Below are positions 26,742 through 35,834 of a stretch of 64,000 nucleotides of DNA, one piece after another. Source of the DNA: Dehalococcoidia bacterium. GTDB taxonomy: Bacteria > Chloroflexota > Dehalococcoidia > UBA2247 > RBG-13-53-26. The notes under the pieces are model-generated. The model was not told the origin of the DNA and ran no database searches. It was given only the letters and a program-made list of their open reading frames with translations. Each line of letters begins with the position of its first letter. Positions within the stretch are counted from its first letter, which is position 1. The position numbers and the translations under genes are program-made. The stretch is taken from positions 12,537 to 76,536 of the forward strand of contig JAUCPZ010000335.1 of the NCBI GenBank assembly GCA_030372995.1, written 5' to 3'.

Positions 26742-28190
26742 ATGAGTAAGATCGACGACTCCTTCTTTGAGCACTCCTCGGTGGCCATCGCTGGCGCCTC
26801 TGCGGAATACAACATCGGTCATGCCTTCGTGCAGTGCCTGCAGGACGCTGGATTCCAGGGCCCCATCTATCCCTTGAACCCTGCCGGAGGCGAGGTCCGC
26901 GGGCTCAAGGTCTACCGCCACATTGCGGACATCCCTGGCACGGTGGACTACGTCATCTCCTGCATACCAGCGCGCTTCACGCCCCAACTGGTGAAGGACA
27001 GCGCGGCCAAAGGAGCCAGGATCGTCTCCTTCTTCACTGCTGGCTACTCCGAGTCCGGCAGGAGCGAGGGGAGAGACCTAGAACTGGAACTCTTGCGGGT
27101 GGCGCAGGCCACCGACGTCCGGCTGCTGGGCCCCAACTGCCTTGGCCTCTATTGCCCCCGGATCGGCCTCTCCTTCGCCGCTGATTTCCCCAAGGAGGCG
27201 GGGAACGTTGGCTTCATCGGCCAGAGCGGAGGCAACGCCATCTACCTGATCCGGGCAGCCGGGCACCGCGGCGTTCGCTTCAGCAAGGCCGTCTCATACG
27301 GCAACGCGTGCGACGTCGACGAATGCGATCTGCTGGAGTACTTCGCAACTGATAATGAGACCGAGGTAGTCGCTGCCTATATCGAGGGCGTCAAGGACGG
27401 TCGGCGGTTCCGCCGCGTGCTGAGGGATCTCTGCGCCCTCAAGCCGGTAGTCATACTCAAGGGTGGGTACACCACTGCCGGCGCAGTCGCCGCTTCATCA
27501 CACACTGGGTCCCTGGCGGGAACCGGCGAGTCGTGGGAGGGCCTCTTAAACCAGGCCGGTGCTGTTCGCGTCTACAGCCTGGATGAGATGGCGGACATGC
27601 TGGTGACCTTCTCGTACATGGTGCCGCCGCGGGGCAGAAGGGCGGTCATCTGCGGCAGCAATGGCGGCTTCAGCGTCCTGACCGCGGACGACTACATCCG
27701 GGCCGGCTTCGAACTGCCGCAGTTGGCGCCGAGGGAACAGGCTGATCTCCTCGAGCTGGTGGCGAAGTTCTCCAGCACTGACGCAGGTATGATGTTGCGA
27801 AATCCATTTGACATCACCAACGTCACGTCGCCAGAGGGGCACCACGCCATTATGCGCAGCCTCATGGCCAACCCGGGTTTTGACCTGCTGGTGGCCCAGG
27901 TGAGCATTAGCAATTCCGCCTGGCCCTTCGCAGAATCGCCGTACGTCTACTGGCCGGACATGTTCCTCGATTCGCTTCTTAGAGCCCAGCGCGACGTGGG
28001 CAAGCCCGCTGCGGTCATACTCCACAGCATTTGCAGTGCGGGAGAGTTCGAGAGAATGGCACGGCTGCGGGAGAAGTGTCAAAAGGCAGGACTGCCGGTC
28101 TACGATTCCATTCCGAAGGCAGCTCTGGCCATGGATCGTTTTCTCCGCTATCACGAAAGGCGCCGGCGGCAACATGCGGAGACAGGGTAA
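26742..28190 (+). CDS. NDP-forming acyl-CoA synthetase alpha-type protein (CoA-binding plus CoA-ligase domains, no ATP-grasp)
   Basis: 482 aa. SVAIAGAS.., PIYPLNP, LLGPNCLGLY, FIGQSGG, HTGSLAG motifs of the ACD/succinyl-CoA-synthetase alpha fold. Confidence 0.85.
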   Translation: MSKIDDSFFEHSSVAIAGASAEYNIGHAFVQCLQDAGFQGPIYPLNPAGGEVRGLKVYRHIADIPGTVDYVISCIPARFTPQLVKDSAAKGARIVSFFTAGYSESGRSEGRDLELELLRVAQATDVRLLGPNCLGLYCPRIGLSFAADFPKEAGNVGFIGQSGGNAIYLIRAAGHRGVRFSKAVSYGNACDVDECDLLEYFATDNETEVVAAYIEGVKDGRRFRRVLRDLCALKPVVILKGGYTTAGAVAASSHTGSLAGTGESWEGLLNQAGAVRVYSLDEMADMLVTFSYMVPPRGRRAVICGSNGGFSVLTADDYIRAGFELPQLAPREQADLLELVAKFSSTDAGMMLRNPFDITNVTSPEGHHAIMRSLMANPGFDLLVAQVSISNSAWPFAESPYVYWPDMFLDSLLRAQRDVGKPAAVILHSICSAGEFERMARLREKCQKAGLPVYDSIPKAALAMDRFLRYHERRRRQHAETG

Positions 28191-28209
28191 TGGAGGGGCG
28201 TTTCCAAGC

Positions 28210-28422
28210 CTAGTCGGCCACCACCTCCTTGATCTCGGGGATCTCTTCCTTCAGTTCTTCTTCCAGTATGGCCACGGTCGCCTCCTTGGGCGGGCCGCCA
28301 TGGCATCCGGGCGCAAAGACCTGCACTCTGACAATTCCATCCTTCACGCTGAGCAGTATCACCTCGGTGGGATCAAACGCCGGTCTCAGCCTGTCAATGA
28401 CCTTCTGCACTCTGTCGCGCAT
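28210..28422 (-). CDS. NifU/Nfu C-terminal-domain-like small protein (degenerate Cys motif)
   Basis: 70 aa. V.KVIDRLRP....VILLSVKDGIVRVQV...GCHGG......ILEEELKEEIPEIKEV fits the Nfu fold pattern but has a single Cys. Confidence 0.6.
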   Translation of the reverse strand: MRDRVQKVIDRLRPAFDPTEVILLSVKDGIVRVQVFAPGCHGGPPKEATVAILEEELKEEIPEIKEVVAD

Positions 28423-28625
28423 CGCAGAACCTCCTGACTTCAGGTTGAAAGCTATCGTATGCCAGTATCAGCCGTTGCCTCACCCGTGGCAGCCTGACGC
28501 TGCTCAGAGAGATGCGCGGGCAGGTGGTGCCATTCTACATCGCCGCAGCTCCACTGGAAAGACAGTCCATGTGTGCTTGCACTCTGGCTTCGCACGGCGG
28601 TGGGCGCCTGCAGCAAGGATGCGTT

Positions 28626-28653
28626 TTGCCTTTTGGCTGGCAGAGGGTACAAT
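28626..28653 (+). promoter_or_regulatory. sigma70-like promoter TTGCCT-N16-TACAAT
   Basis: Read directly, about 60 nt upstream of the DUF362 lipoprotein start. Confidence 0.4.
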
Positions 28654-28714
28654 CAGGCCATAGGCACCTCAGTGTGTGCGCTGACAGTCGCTCAGGTTTC
28701 AGGGCATACCGAAG

Positions 28715-29686
28715 ATGGGCGGTATCGACAGACGCGATTTCCTGCATAAGATGCTCGCTCTAGGCGGAGGCGCGCTGGCGACCGCTGCTTTCATATCTTT
28801 GCTCGGCTGCTCCCCAGATGACACGCTGCAGCCTCCGACCGACAATATCACTCCTCCTCCTCAACCACCGGCTGGCACGGCCTATCTGTCCGTGGCCAGG
28901 GGCGGCAACCCGGCCACATTGGTGCAAAGGGCCGTTGATGCCCTGGGTGGGATCGGACGGTTTGTCAAACCGGGTGATGACGTCATCGTCAAGCCGAACA
29001 TCTGTGTGAGCAACCGCACGCCCGAGTACGCGGCCACCACCAACCCTGAAGTGGTAGCCGCACTGGTCACGCTCTGCCTGGGTGCCGGGGCCAGCCGGGT
29101 CCGCGTGATGGACCACCCGTTCAGCGGAAGCGCTGAAGACGCCTACAAGAACAGTGGCATAAAGGCGGCGGTGGAGGCTGTGGGCGGCGAAATGGAGGTT
29201 ATGGCCAGCGTCAAGTTCCAGGATACGGCGATACCGAACGGCCGAAGCATCAGGTCTTGCCGTGTGTACAGGGACATTCTGAAGGCAGATGTACTTATAG
29301 ATGTGCCCATCGCCAAGGACCATGGAAACACGATCCTGACTCTGGGTATGAAGAATCTGCTGGGCGTGGTGGACAATGCGCCGAGCTACCACACGAGCAG
29401 CCTGTCCGAGCGTGTCGTCGACCTCAACACTCTGGTGCGGCCTCATCTTGTCGTGGTGGATGCCATCCGTGTTCTGATGAAGAATGGCCCCAGCGGAGGC
29501 AACCTCAGCGACGTCAGGCAGATGGATACCATTATTGCCAGCCACGACATCGTGGCGGCGGATTCATACGGCGCCACTCTCTTCGGCATGACGGGGGAGG
29601 ACCTGCCAATCGTCCGCATCGGTGCCGAGAGAGGGCTGGGCGTCATGGACCTGTCCAGCATCAAGATCGAAGAGATAGCAGCATAG
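28715..29686 (+). CDS. Tat-exported DUF362 lipoprotein
   Basis: 323 aa. Twin-arginine signal with lipobox (MGGIDRRDFLHKMLALGGGALATAAFISLLGCS). DUF362 core (VIVKPNICV..LIDVPIAKDHGNTILTLGMKNLLG..VDAIRVLMKNGP). Confidence 0.8.
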   Translation: MGGIDRRDFLHKMLALGGGALATAAFISLLGCSPDDTLQPPTDNITPPPQPPAGTAYLSVARGGNPATLVQRAVDALGGIGRFVKPGDDVIVKPNICVSNRTPEYAATTNPEVVAALVTLCLGAGASRVRVMDHPFSGSAEDAYKNSGIKAAVEAVGGEMEVMASVKFQDTAIPNGRSIRSCRVYRDILKADVLIDVPIAKDHGNTILTLGMKNLLGVVDNAPSYHTSSLSERVVDLNTLVRPHLVVVDAIRVLMKNGPSGGNLSDVRQMDTIIASHDIVAADSYGATLFGMTGEDLPIVRIGAERGLGVMDLSSIKIEEIAA

Positions 29687-29698
29687 GAGCAGTACGGG

Positions 29699-31258
29699 TT
29701 GGCTCCCCGAAAGACGTCGCGTAGGTGGCGCTGGGCCAGGCTATCGGTTCAAATCCTGATTCTCGTCCTGTTCCTCTACCTGCTGATAGGGAATCGGGTC
29801 GGTGCCGCTACCTTTCTGGCGGGTGACCTGTTCTTCCGCCTCGACCCACTGGCGGGGGTCTCTGCCATGCTGGCCGGGAGGCGCCTCATCGCTCCCATGC
29901 TGCTGGGTCTCCTGACAATCGGATTTGCCCTGCTACTCGGCCGGTCCTGGTGCAGTTGGGTCTGCCCACTCGGGACGCTGATCGAATGGACCAGCCTGCG
30001 CCGCTTCCGCAACGACCTGGTACATCCCTCCCAGTGGCGCCAGGTGAAGTATCTGACGCTGGTGGCCGTTCTCCTGGGTGCCCTGGCAGGCACCCTGGCC
30101 CTGATGATCCTTGACCCTATCACGCTTCTATTCCGCACGCTAACCTCCGGCTTCGTCCCCGCTCTGAACTGGATCGTGACCCACGCCGAGACTCACTTCT
30201 ATCGCTACCAGGCCCTGCAGGGCTTCATCGATGGCTTTGACGACTTTGTACGTGGTACGCTGTTGCCAGCCGCGGAGCCGTATTTCATCCCCAGCCTCGG
30301 GCTGATAGTTGTCTTCATAGGAATCTTGGCCATCAATGCCATCAGACCACGCTTCTGGTGCCGCTATGTTTGCCCCCTTGGTGGCTTTCTGGGGCTGTTG
30401 TCGCGGGTCTCGGTGTTCCGCCGCACCGTCGATCAGGAGAAGTGCAATCGCTGCCGCCGCTGTGCACGGGAGTGCCCGATGAATGCCATTGACTCGGAAA
30501 AGGCCTATGCTTCGGATCCTGCTGAATGCACGCTCTGTCTGAAATGCGTAGAGAACTGCCCCACCCGTGCTATTGCAGTTCGCTCCCACACCCACCCAGC
30601 CAAGCCGGAACTTGAGGGACTGACCCGGCGGCAGGTACTCGGGTCATTCGGCATCATGCTGGCCGGCGTGGCTCTGCTGCGTCTGGCGCCCCTGTTGCGG
30701 GGTGCTGAACAAGAGCGGCTCAGGCCACCCGGAGCGGGAGAAAACGACTTGTTGACGAAATGCATCCGCTGTGGTGTCTGCGTCAATATCTGCCCCACCC
30801 GCGCCATCCATCCGAGCGGGACAGGGCCGGACTACGATGGTACCTGGACACCGATGGTGGTACCGCGGCTCGGCTACTGCGACTATACCTGCAACCGTTG
30901 CGGAGAGGAGTGCCCTACCGGGGCGATTCCCAAGCTGTCATTGTCTGAGAAGCAACAGGCGGTGATCGGGAAGGCCGAGATCGATGAAGACCGCTGCCTC
31001 CCCTGGTCCCAGAACGTCAACTGCATCGTTTGCCAGGAGATGTGCCCTCTAGTTGACAAGGCCATTGAGCTGGAGGACGTGATGGTAGTCAATGGTGAAG
31101 GAATGGAAGTGGTCGTCCGCCGGCCGGTGGTGGTGAGGGAGCGGTGCATCGGCTGTGGCCTCTGCGAGCATCGCTGCCCTGTGAAGGGAGAGGCCGCGAT
31201 CAGGGTCTTTCCGGATGATGGCGAACGTCACCAGCGTCGGCGCGGGCGCTCACAATAG
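29699..31258 (+). CDS. membrane-bound polyferredoxin (NapH/NosR-like TM core plus six CxxCxxCxxxCP clusters)
   Basis: 519 aa. TM helices with CSWVCPLGT and FWCRYVCPLGG. Cluster motifs CNRCRRCARECP, CTLCLKCVENCP, CIRCGVCVNICP, CNRCGEECP, CIVCQEMCP, CIGCGLCEHRCP. TTG start 12 nt after the DUF362 gene. Confidence 0.85.
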   Translation: MAPRKTSRRWRWARLSVQILILVLFLYLLIGNRVGAATFLAGDLFFRLDPLAGVSAMLAGRRLIAPMLLGLLTIGFALLLGRSWCSWVCPLGTLIEWTSLRRFRNDLVHPSQWRQVKYLTLVAVLLGALAGTLALMILDPITLLFRTLTSGFVPALNWIVTHAETHFYRYQALQGFIDGFDDFVRGTLLPAAEPYFIPSLGLIVVFIGILAINAIRPRFWCRYVCPLGGFLGLLSRVSVFRRTVDQEKCNRCRRCARECPMNAIDSEKAYASDPAECTLCLKCVENCPTRAIAVRSHTHPAKPELEGLTRRQVLGSFGIMLAGVALLRLAPLLRGAEQERLRPPGAGENDLLTKCIRCGVCVNICPTRAIHPSGTGPDYDGTWTPMVVPRLGYCDYTCNRCGEECPTGAIPKLSLSEKQQAVIGKAEIDEDRCLPWSQNVNCIVCQEMCPLVDKAIELEDVMVVNGEGMEVVVRRPVVVRERCIGCGLCEHRCPVKGEAAIRVFPDDGERHQRRRGRSQ

Positions 31259-31281
31259 CAGGATGCTTCTTCTTCGGTCAC

Positions 31282-31548
31282 CTACGTCGGGCGCCGTCTG
31301 AGCTCAAAAACCACCGGGTTGTCCGGATCGGGGCAGGCGACAGTAGCCGTATCTCCCACGCCTTCCCAAGGGAAAGAAGCTCCAGCCTGCAGAACTGTGG
31401 CAAAGGGCCATAGGGCGCAGAACGCCCAGGCGCACATCCCTGCCGGCGTGGTCTGGCTTATCAGGAACTCGTCACCCACCTTGTGCCCAAGAGCGCAAGT
31501 TCCCTTTTGGGACACGACCCTGGCCACAACATCCTTCATTTCTGCCAT
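31282..31548 (-). CDS. TIGR04076-like small Cys-containing protein
   Basis: An internal ATG gives an 88-aa protein, MAEMKDVVARVVSQKGTCALGHKVGDEFLI..GMCAWAF..FPWE..VACPDPDNPVVFELRR. Family name is from memory. Confidence 0.6.
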   Translation of the reverse strand: MAEMKDVVARVVSQKGTCALGHKVGDEFLISQTTPAGMCAWAFCALWPFATVLQAGASFPWEGVGDTATVACPDPDNPVVFELRRRPT

Positions 31549-31579
31549 GATGGTTTGGACTCTTCCTTGCCGCGTCCGG

Positions 31580-32689
31580 TCAGAAGTCGATGGCGAACTT
31601 GCCGTCCTTGTATAGCAACTGGTCGTCCGCCCATATCCGGCCGCCTTGGCGCAGATCGCTGACCATGTCCCAATGGACTGCTGATTCGTTCTTACTGCCC
31701 GTTTCCGGGTAGCCGGCTCCCAGCGCCATGTGGAAGCTGCCGTTGATCTTCTCATCGAACAATATCTCTCTCGTGGCCCGGTCTATCCCTTCATTCGTGC
31801 CGATGGCGAACTCGCCCACCAGCCGAGATCCCTCATCTGTGTCCAGCGTCTTCAGCAGGAAATCCTGGTTCTTCTCCGCGGTAGCTTTCACCACGCGGCC
31901 CTTCTCGAACCACAGCCGGACACCGATGACCTCCCGGCCTCCGTAGATGGCTGGGTATGAGAAATACACATGTCCCTCCACGCTGTCCTCAACAGGGCCG
32001 GTGAACACTTCCCCATCAGGCATATTCTCGTGGCCATCACAATTGATGAACTTGCGCCCCGTGACGCCAACATGCAAATCGGTCTCCGGTCCCACCACGT
32101 GCAGCCACTTCTTGCCCTTCAGCCATTCGACCACCTTCTGCTGACGCTCAGAGAAGCGACGCCAGTAGCCCACGGGATCGCTCATGTCGGGGAGACAGGC
32201 GCCATAGACGAAGTCCTCGTAGTCGCTCAGACTCATCTCTGCGTCTTGGGCATAGGCGTTGGTCGGAAAGATGGCGTATACCCAGCGCAACTCTCCGGCG
32301 GCGGCGCGGCGCAAGAAGGTTTTCATTATGTCACTGTGCGCGCGCTCGTGGAGCACCATCCTGGCAGGGTCCACATTGCTCATGGACCGCGTGTTGTCGG
32401 CGCCACCGACCGAGATGCGCACGTCGTACTTCTCGATGGTCAGCTTCAGCGGCTCCGGTACGTGCTGCAACTGGTCATCCGAAGCATACTTGAAGAGAAG
32501 GTCCTCTATGCCCGGCAAGCTGACCCGCATCAGCGGGTGACCACCGGCCTGAAGCACCTTGACGAAGAGCGCCTTCATTAGGGGCTCTGCCAGGCTTTCT
32601 CCCTCGATGACGACTTTGTCACCGGGGCGGACGGCCACGGAGTAGTTGACCAGGACTTCGGCCAGCTTCTCTACGCGCGGGTCATGCAT
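31580..32689 (-). CDS. aminopeptidase, M29 (AmpS/thermophilic metalloprotease) family
   Basis: MHDPRVEKLAEVLVNYSVAVRPGDKVVIEG..HMALG pattern typical of M29. Confidence 0.88.
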   Translation of the reverse strand: MHDPRVEKLAEVLVNYSVAVRPGDKVVIEGESLAEPLMKALFVKVLQAGGHPLMRVSLPGIEDLLFKYASDDQLQHVPEPLKLTIEKYDVRISVGGADNTRSMSNVDPARMVLHERAHSDIMKTFLRRAAAGELRWVYAIFPTNAYAQDAEMSLSDYEDFVYGACLPDMSDPVGYWRRFSERQQKVVEWLKGKKWLHVVGPETDLHVGVTGRKFINCDGHENMPDGEVFTGPVEDSVEGHVYFSYPAIYGGREVIGVRLWFEKGRVVKATAEKNQDFLLKTLDTDEGSRLVGEFAIGTNEGIDRATREILFDEKINGSFHMALGAGYPETGSKNESAVHWDMVSDLRQGGRIWADDQLLYKDGKFAIDF

Positions 32690-32703
32690 GTGACGCTGCT
32701 CCG

Positions 32704-33621
32704 CTACACCATCACGTTGATGGCGGCTGGGATGACCTCGCAGGTACAAGGCAGCGTTCCCACGAGATCCCCATCCATCTCGAGCAGAACCTTGTCGTCG
32801 CTGGTCACCTCAACCCGCCGGCCGCGGTAGTGGCTCACTTTAGGGTGGCTCAGATGGGTTCCGTTGCGGAGTCGCGGAACATTCCAAAGAGCCTCGAGAG
32901 TGCCCAGATCGCCGACGTTAACGATATCGAACAGCCCGTCGTCGAGGCTGGCCTCAGGCGCGGCCAGGAAGCCGCGGCCGAAGTATCGGCCGTTGGCCAC
33001 TATCGCGTTTCTGGTAAGGAGGTCGAGGGGTGCCTTGCCGTCAATCGAGATACTGATTCGCCTGGCCTTGTACGCCACTGCTGCCGTGAGGATACCCCAG
33101 ACGTAGTTGGGACGCCGCCCGAGTATCCTGGGGGCCTTGCTGGCCTTCTCTACCACCAACCCTCCGGCGCCGAGATCGGCGATGTTGATGAAGAGGCGGG
33201 TGCGCCTCTTTCCCTCGAGATCGGTGAACTCCACTTTGCCGACGTCGATCTTCCGCGTCGCGCAGTTATCTGCGGGCCGGAGTACAGGCGAAGTCTCGGC
33301 GGTGATCCCCAAGGTGCGTGCCAGGTCGCAGCCTGATCCAAGAGGTACGATTCCCAGGACAGTGCGCCCATCCAGCGGCACCCCGTTCTCGAACAGGCCG
33401 TTGAGCACTTCGTTGACGGTGCCGTCGCCACCCACCGCCACTACCATCTGATATCCGGACTGTGCGGCCTCCCTGGCCAGACGCGTTGCCTCACCGAGCG
33501 CCTTTGTCATCCGGACGTCGGTCGGATGGTGTCCGCTGCTCTTGATGTGCCTTTGAACTCTGTGCCAACGCCCGTAGCTGCGGTCAACTGCCAGGGAATT
33601 GACGATGTAAGCAGTATTCAA
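32704..33621 (-). CDS. diacylglycerol/lipid kinase family protein (YegS/BmrU type)
   Basis: VVAVGGDGTVNEVLNG and GSGCDLAR motifs. Confidence 0.88.
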   Translation of the reverse strand: MNTAYIVNSLAVDRSYGRWHRVQRHIKSSGHHPTDVRMTKALGEATRLAREAAQSGYQMVVAVGGDGTVNEVLNGLFENGVPLDGRTVLGIVPLGSGCDLARTLGITAETSPVLRPADNCATRKIDVGKVEFTDLEGKRRTRLFINIADLGAGGLVVEKASKAPRILGRRPNYVWGILTAAVAYKARRISISIDGKAPLDLLTRNAIVANGRYFGRGFLAAPEASLDDGLFDIVNVGDLGTLEALWNVPRLRNGTHLSHPKVSHYRGRRVEVTSDDKVLLEMDGDLVGTLPCTCEVIPAAINVMV

Positions 33622-33779
33622 ACCGAGGCTGTCTCCTTACCCGTCAGGGTACTCCTCCTCTTCCAACCTCTACCGGGGCCAGGCGATGACTTGCCGCCGA
33701 TTCTAGGGGCCAGAACAGGTGTTGTCAAGCTGTACGGGCTCCCGGAGCGTGGGTCGGGCGCTTCTGAAACCTCAAGTAG

Positions 33780-34715
33780 CTAGCTCCCGCTGGGGTGGTT
33801 CCTGTAATACTGGATATATCCCGAGATGCCGACACGGGCGAACACCGGCAGTTCAGCCTGCTGCGCCAGAGCGCTGCTGTAGTCCAGAATACGCTGTGAT
33901 ATCTGCCGGTCATCCTCGCCGGCGGCGATGCCTTGGTGAATGATCTCATCGAAGGCAAGGCAGACCTCCTTGACCTTGCCGATGAGCTGAGCAACCTCCG
34001 TCCTCGGGCCGTGATGGGCATAGAAGATGACCTCGGGATGGAGGGAGGCCAGCTTGTCTATGGTCTGTGCGTAGGCCCGCGGGTCGAACGGAGACAGGCC
34101 GACAGGAAACGGCACGTCAGGCATGCTATCCGTTAGAAATCCGAGGGCGTCTCCGCAGAAAAGGCCCTTGGTCAGGCTGTCGAACAACGCAATGTGGTGA
34201 GCCGCATGCCCGGGGGAAAAGACAACCTTTAGCTCCCTCTTCCCTAACCTGATTATCTCGCCGTCACGGACTACATGCACCCTGTCCTTGGGCACTGGTA
34301 TAACGGCCCCGAGACTCTTTTCGAAGTCGTCTCCAAAGATCAGCCGTGCCCCGCGCACCAGGGCTGACGTGTCCGTCAGATGCGCCGCACCCTTGGGGTG
34401 CAGCACGACCGTCGTCCCCGGCAGGCGCAGGGCCAGGTAGCCAGCTCCGCCGCCATGATCCAGATGGATGTGTGTCGGGACGATGTAGGAGAGCCTCTTT
34501 AAGTCGATGCCCTGCTGCCCCGCCCCGTCCAGGAGCTCGGCGGCCGCCGTTCCCGACCCCGGGTCGATCAGAGCGGGCAGATCGTCGTCCAGGAAATAGG
34601 CGATGTTGCTCATCGAGAAGAAGGGGTCCAGGCCACAATCGAGGAGGTAGGTGTCTTGGGCTACCTTTCTTACCTGAACAGCCATCGCTAGAAAGTGCGG
34701 ACCGGAGGCCGACAT
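33780..34715 (-). CDS. MBL-fold metallo-hydrolase
   Basis: THIHLDHGGG (HxHxDH) and downstream His/Asp ligands (SPGHAAHH). Confidence 0.85.
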   Translation of the reverse strand: MSASGPHFLAMAVQVRKVAQDTYLLDCGLDPFFSMSNIAYFLDDDLPALIDPGSGTAAAELLDGAGQQGIDLKRLSYIVPTHIHLDHGGGAGYLALRLPGTTVVLHPKGAAHLTDTSALVRGARLIFGDDFEKSLGAVIPVPKDRVHVVRDGEIIRLGKRELKVVFSPGHAAHHIALFDSLTKGLFCGDALGFLTDSMPDVPFPVGLSPFDPRAYAQTIDKLASLHPEVIFYAHHGPRTEVAQLIGKVKEVCLAFDEIIHQGIAAGEDDRQISQRILDYSSALAQQAELPVFARVGISGYIQYYRNHPSGS

Positions 34716-34853
34716 TCAATGATAACACAATGGGCACTGAAGATTGCACACTGGCATCGCTTGGAAGAGGCATTGACTGATCACTCAGGGGTGTGCTATA
34801 GAGTAGGCGTCGATGAGAATGCTGGCGGTTGGGGCCGTGGGGGGAGGTGAGAG

Positions 34854-35627
34854 ATGCCAGTCTATGAGTACTTCTGTCCGCGCTGTTCGAGGGAGCTCGA
34901 GGTTCTCCGTCCCATGGATAGCGCCAGCGAGTATTCCGAATGCCCGGACTGCGGTGGCAGGGCCTGGAGGCTCATTTCCGGATTTGGCTCCAAGACCGGC
35001 TCGTATCTCCAACCCGCGAGAGCGCCCTTCCGGGAGGAAGCTGCATTGGGGGCATGGAGAGGAGGCACCGTAGTGGCTGTTAGCGAGAGTGAAGCCAGGA
35101 GCGCGGCCAAGACTGAAGAAGAGCAGGCTTCGCTCGCGGTTGAGATGTCGTGGCTTCTTGAAGCGCAGCCCAACGGCAGCAACATCTGGTTCATACCGGA
35201 CTGGGGCATCGCCTCTATACTGAGGTACCTCCGGGAGGATTCGGATGTGAAGCCCGAGGAGCAGCCCCCGTGTCCAAGTGAGATGGCGCAGGCCGGACCT
35301 GAAGAGGCTCAGCTCCCCAGTGCGCCCGCCGTTGTTCAGGATGAAGGGATATCCAACGCCACTTCTCTACCGGAAGCGCCGCCGGTAGAGCCGCCAGTGA
35401 CCTCGGCTCCCCCACCAGCCAGTCCGCCAACTGCAGCCCGAGCCGAACCAAGGCGTGTGGCGCGAACTCCACCGCTTGTCGGGATGGCCGAGCCCGCCCG
35501 ACGGACGCTGGGGAGACCGACACGCCGCTGGACCCCGGTGTCATACTTCGGCTGGTTCGTGCTGTTGCTCATCTGCACTGCGGTCATAGTCGTGCCCATA
35601 GTGTGGCTCCTCACGGTGCTCACGTAG
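34854..35627 (+). CDS. FmdB-family zinc-ribbon protein with an unassigned central module, P/A-rich linker and C-terminal TM tail anchor
   Basis: MPVYEYFCPRC..CPDCGG ribbon. The block SWLLEAQPNGSNIWFIPDWGIASILRYLRE is shared with the 37776 protein. C-terminal YFGWFVLLLICTAVIVVPIVWLLTVLT. Confidence 0.75.
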   Translation: MPVYEYFCPRCSRELEVLRPMDSASEYSECPDCGGRAWRLISGFGSKTGSYLQPARAPFREEAALGAWRGGTVVAVSESEARSAAKTEEEQASLAVEMSWLLEAQPNGSNIWFIPDWGIASILRYLREDSDVKPEEQPPCPSEMAQAGPEEAQLPSAPAVVQDEGISNATSLPEAPPVEPPVTSAPPPASPPTAARAEPRRVARTPPLVGMAEPARRTLGRPTRRWTPVSYFGWFVLLLICTAVIVVPIVWLLTVLT

Positions 35628-35834
35628 GCGGCAACCCTCTCGCGTTCGCCCGGTTTCTGGCGAGTTGAGTCTCCGCTTTGCGTTGAGCGTGGGAGAAGGA
35701 ACCAGACAGGGGTATGCGACTAATAGGGTGAGCGAGGTGCGGCGGGATCTAGTCTGAGCGAAATCCATGACGTAAGCGGGAGACGCTGAACCATCACCTG
35801 TATGTGGTCACTTGGGTGGTGGGGAGTCAATAGT

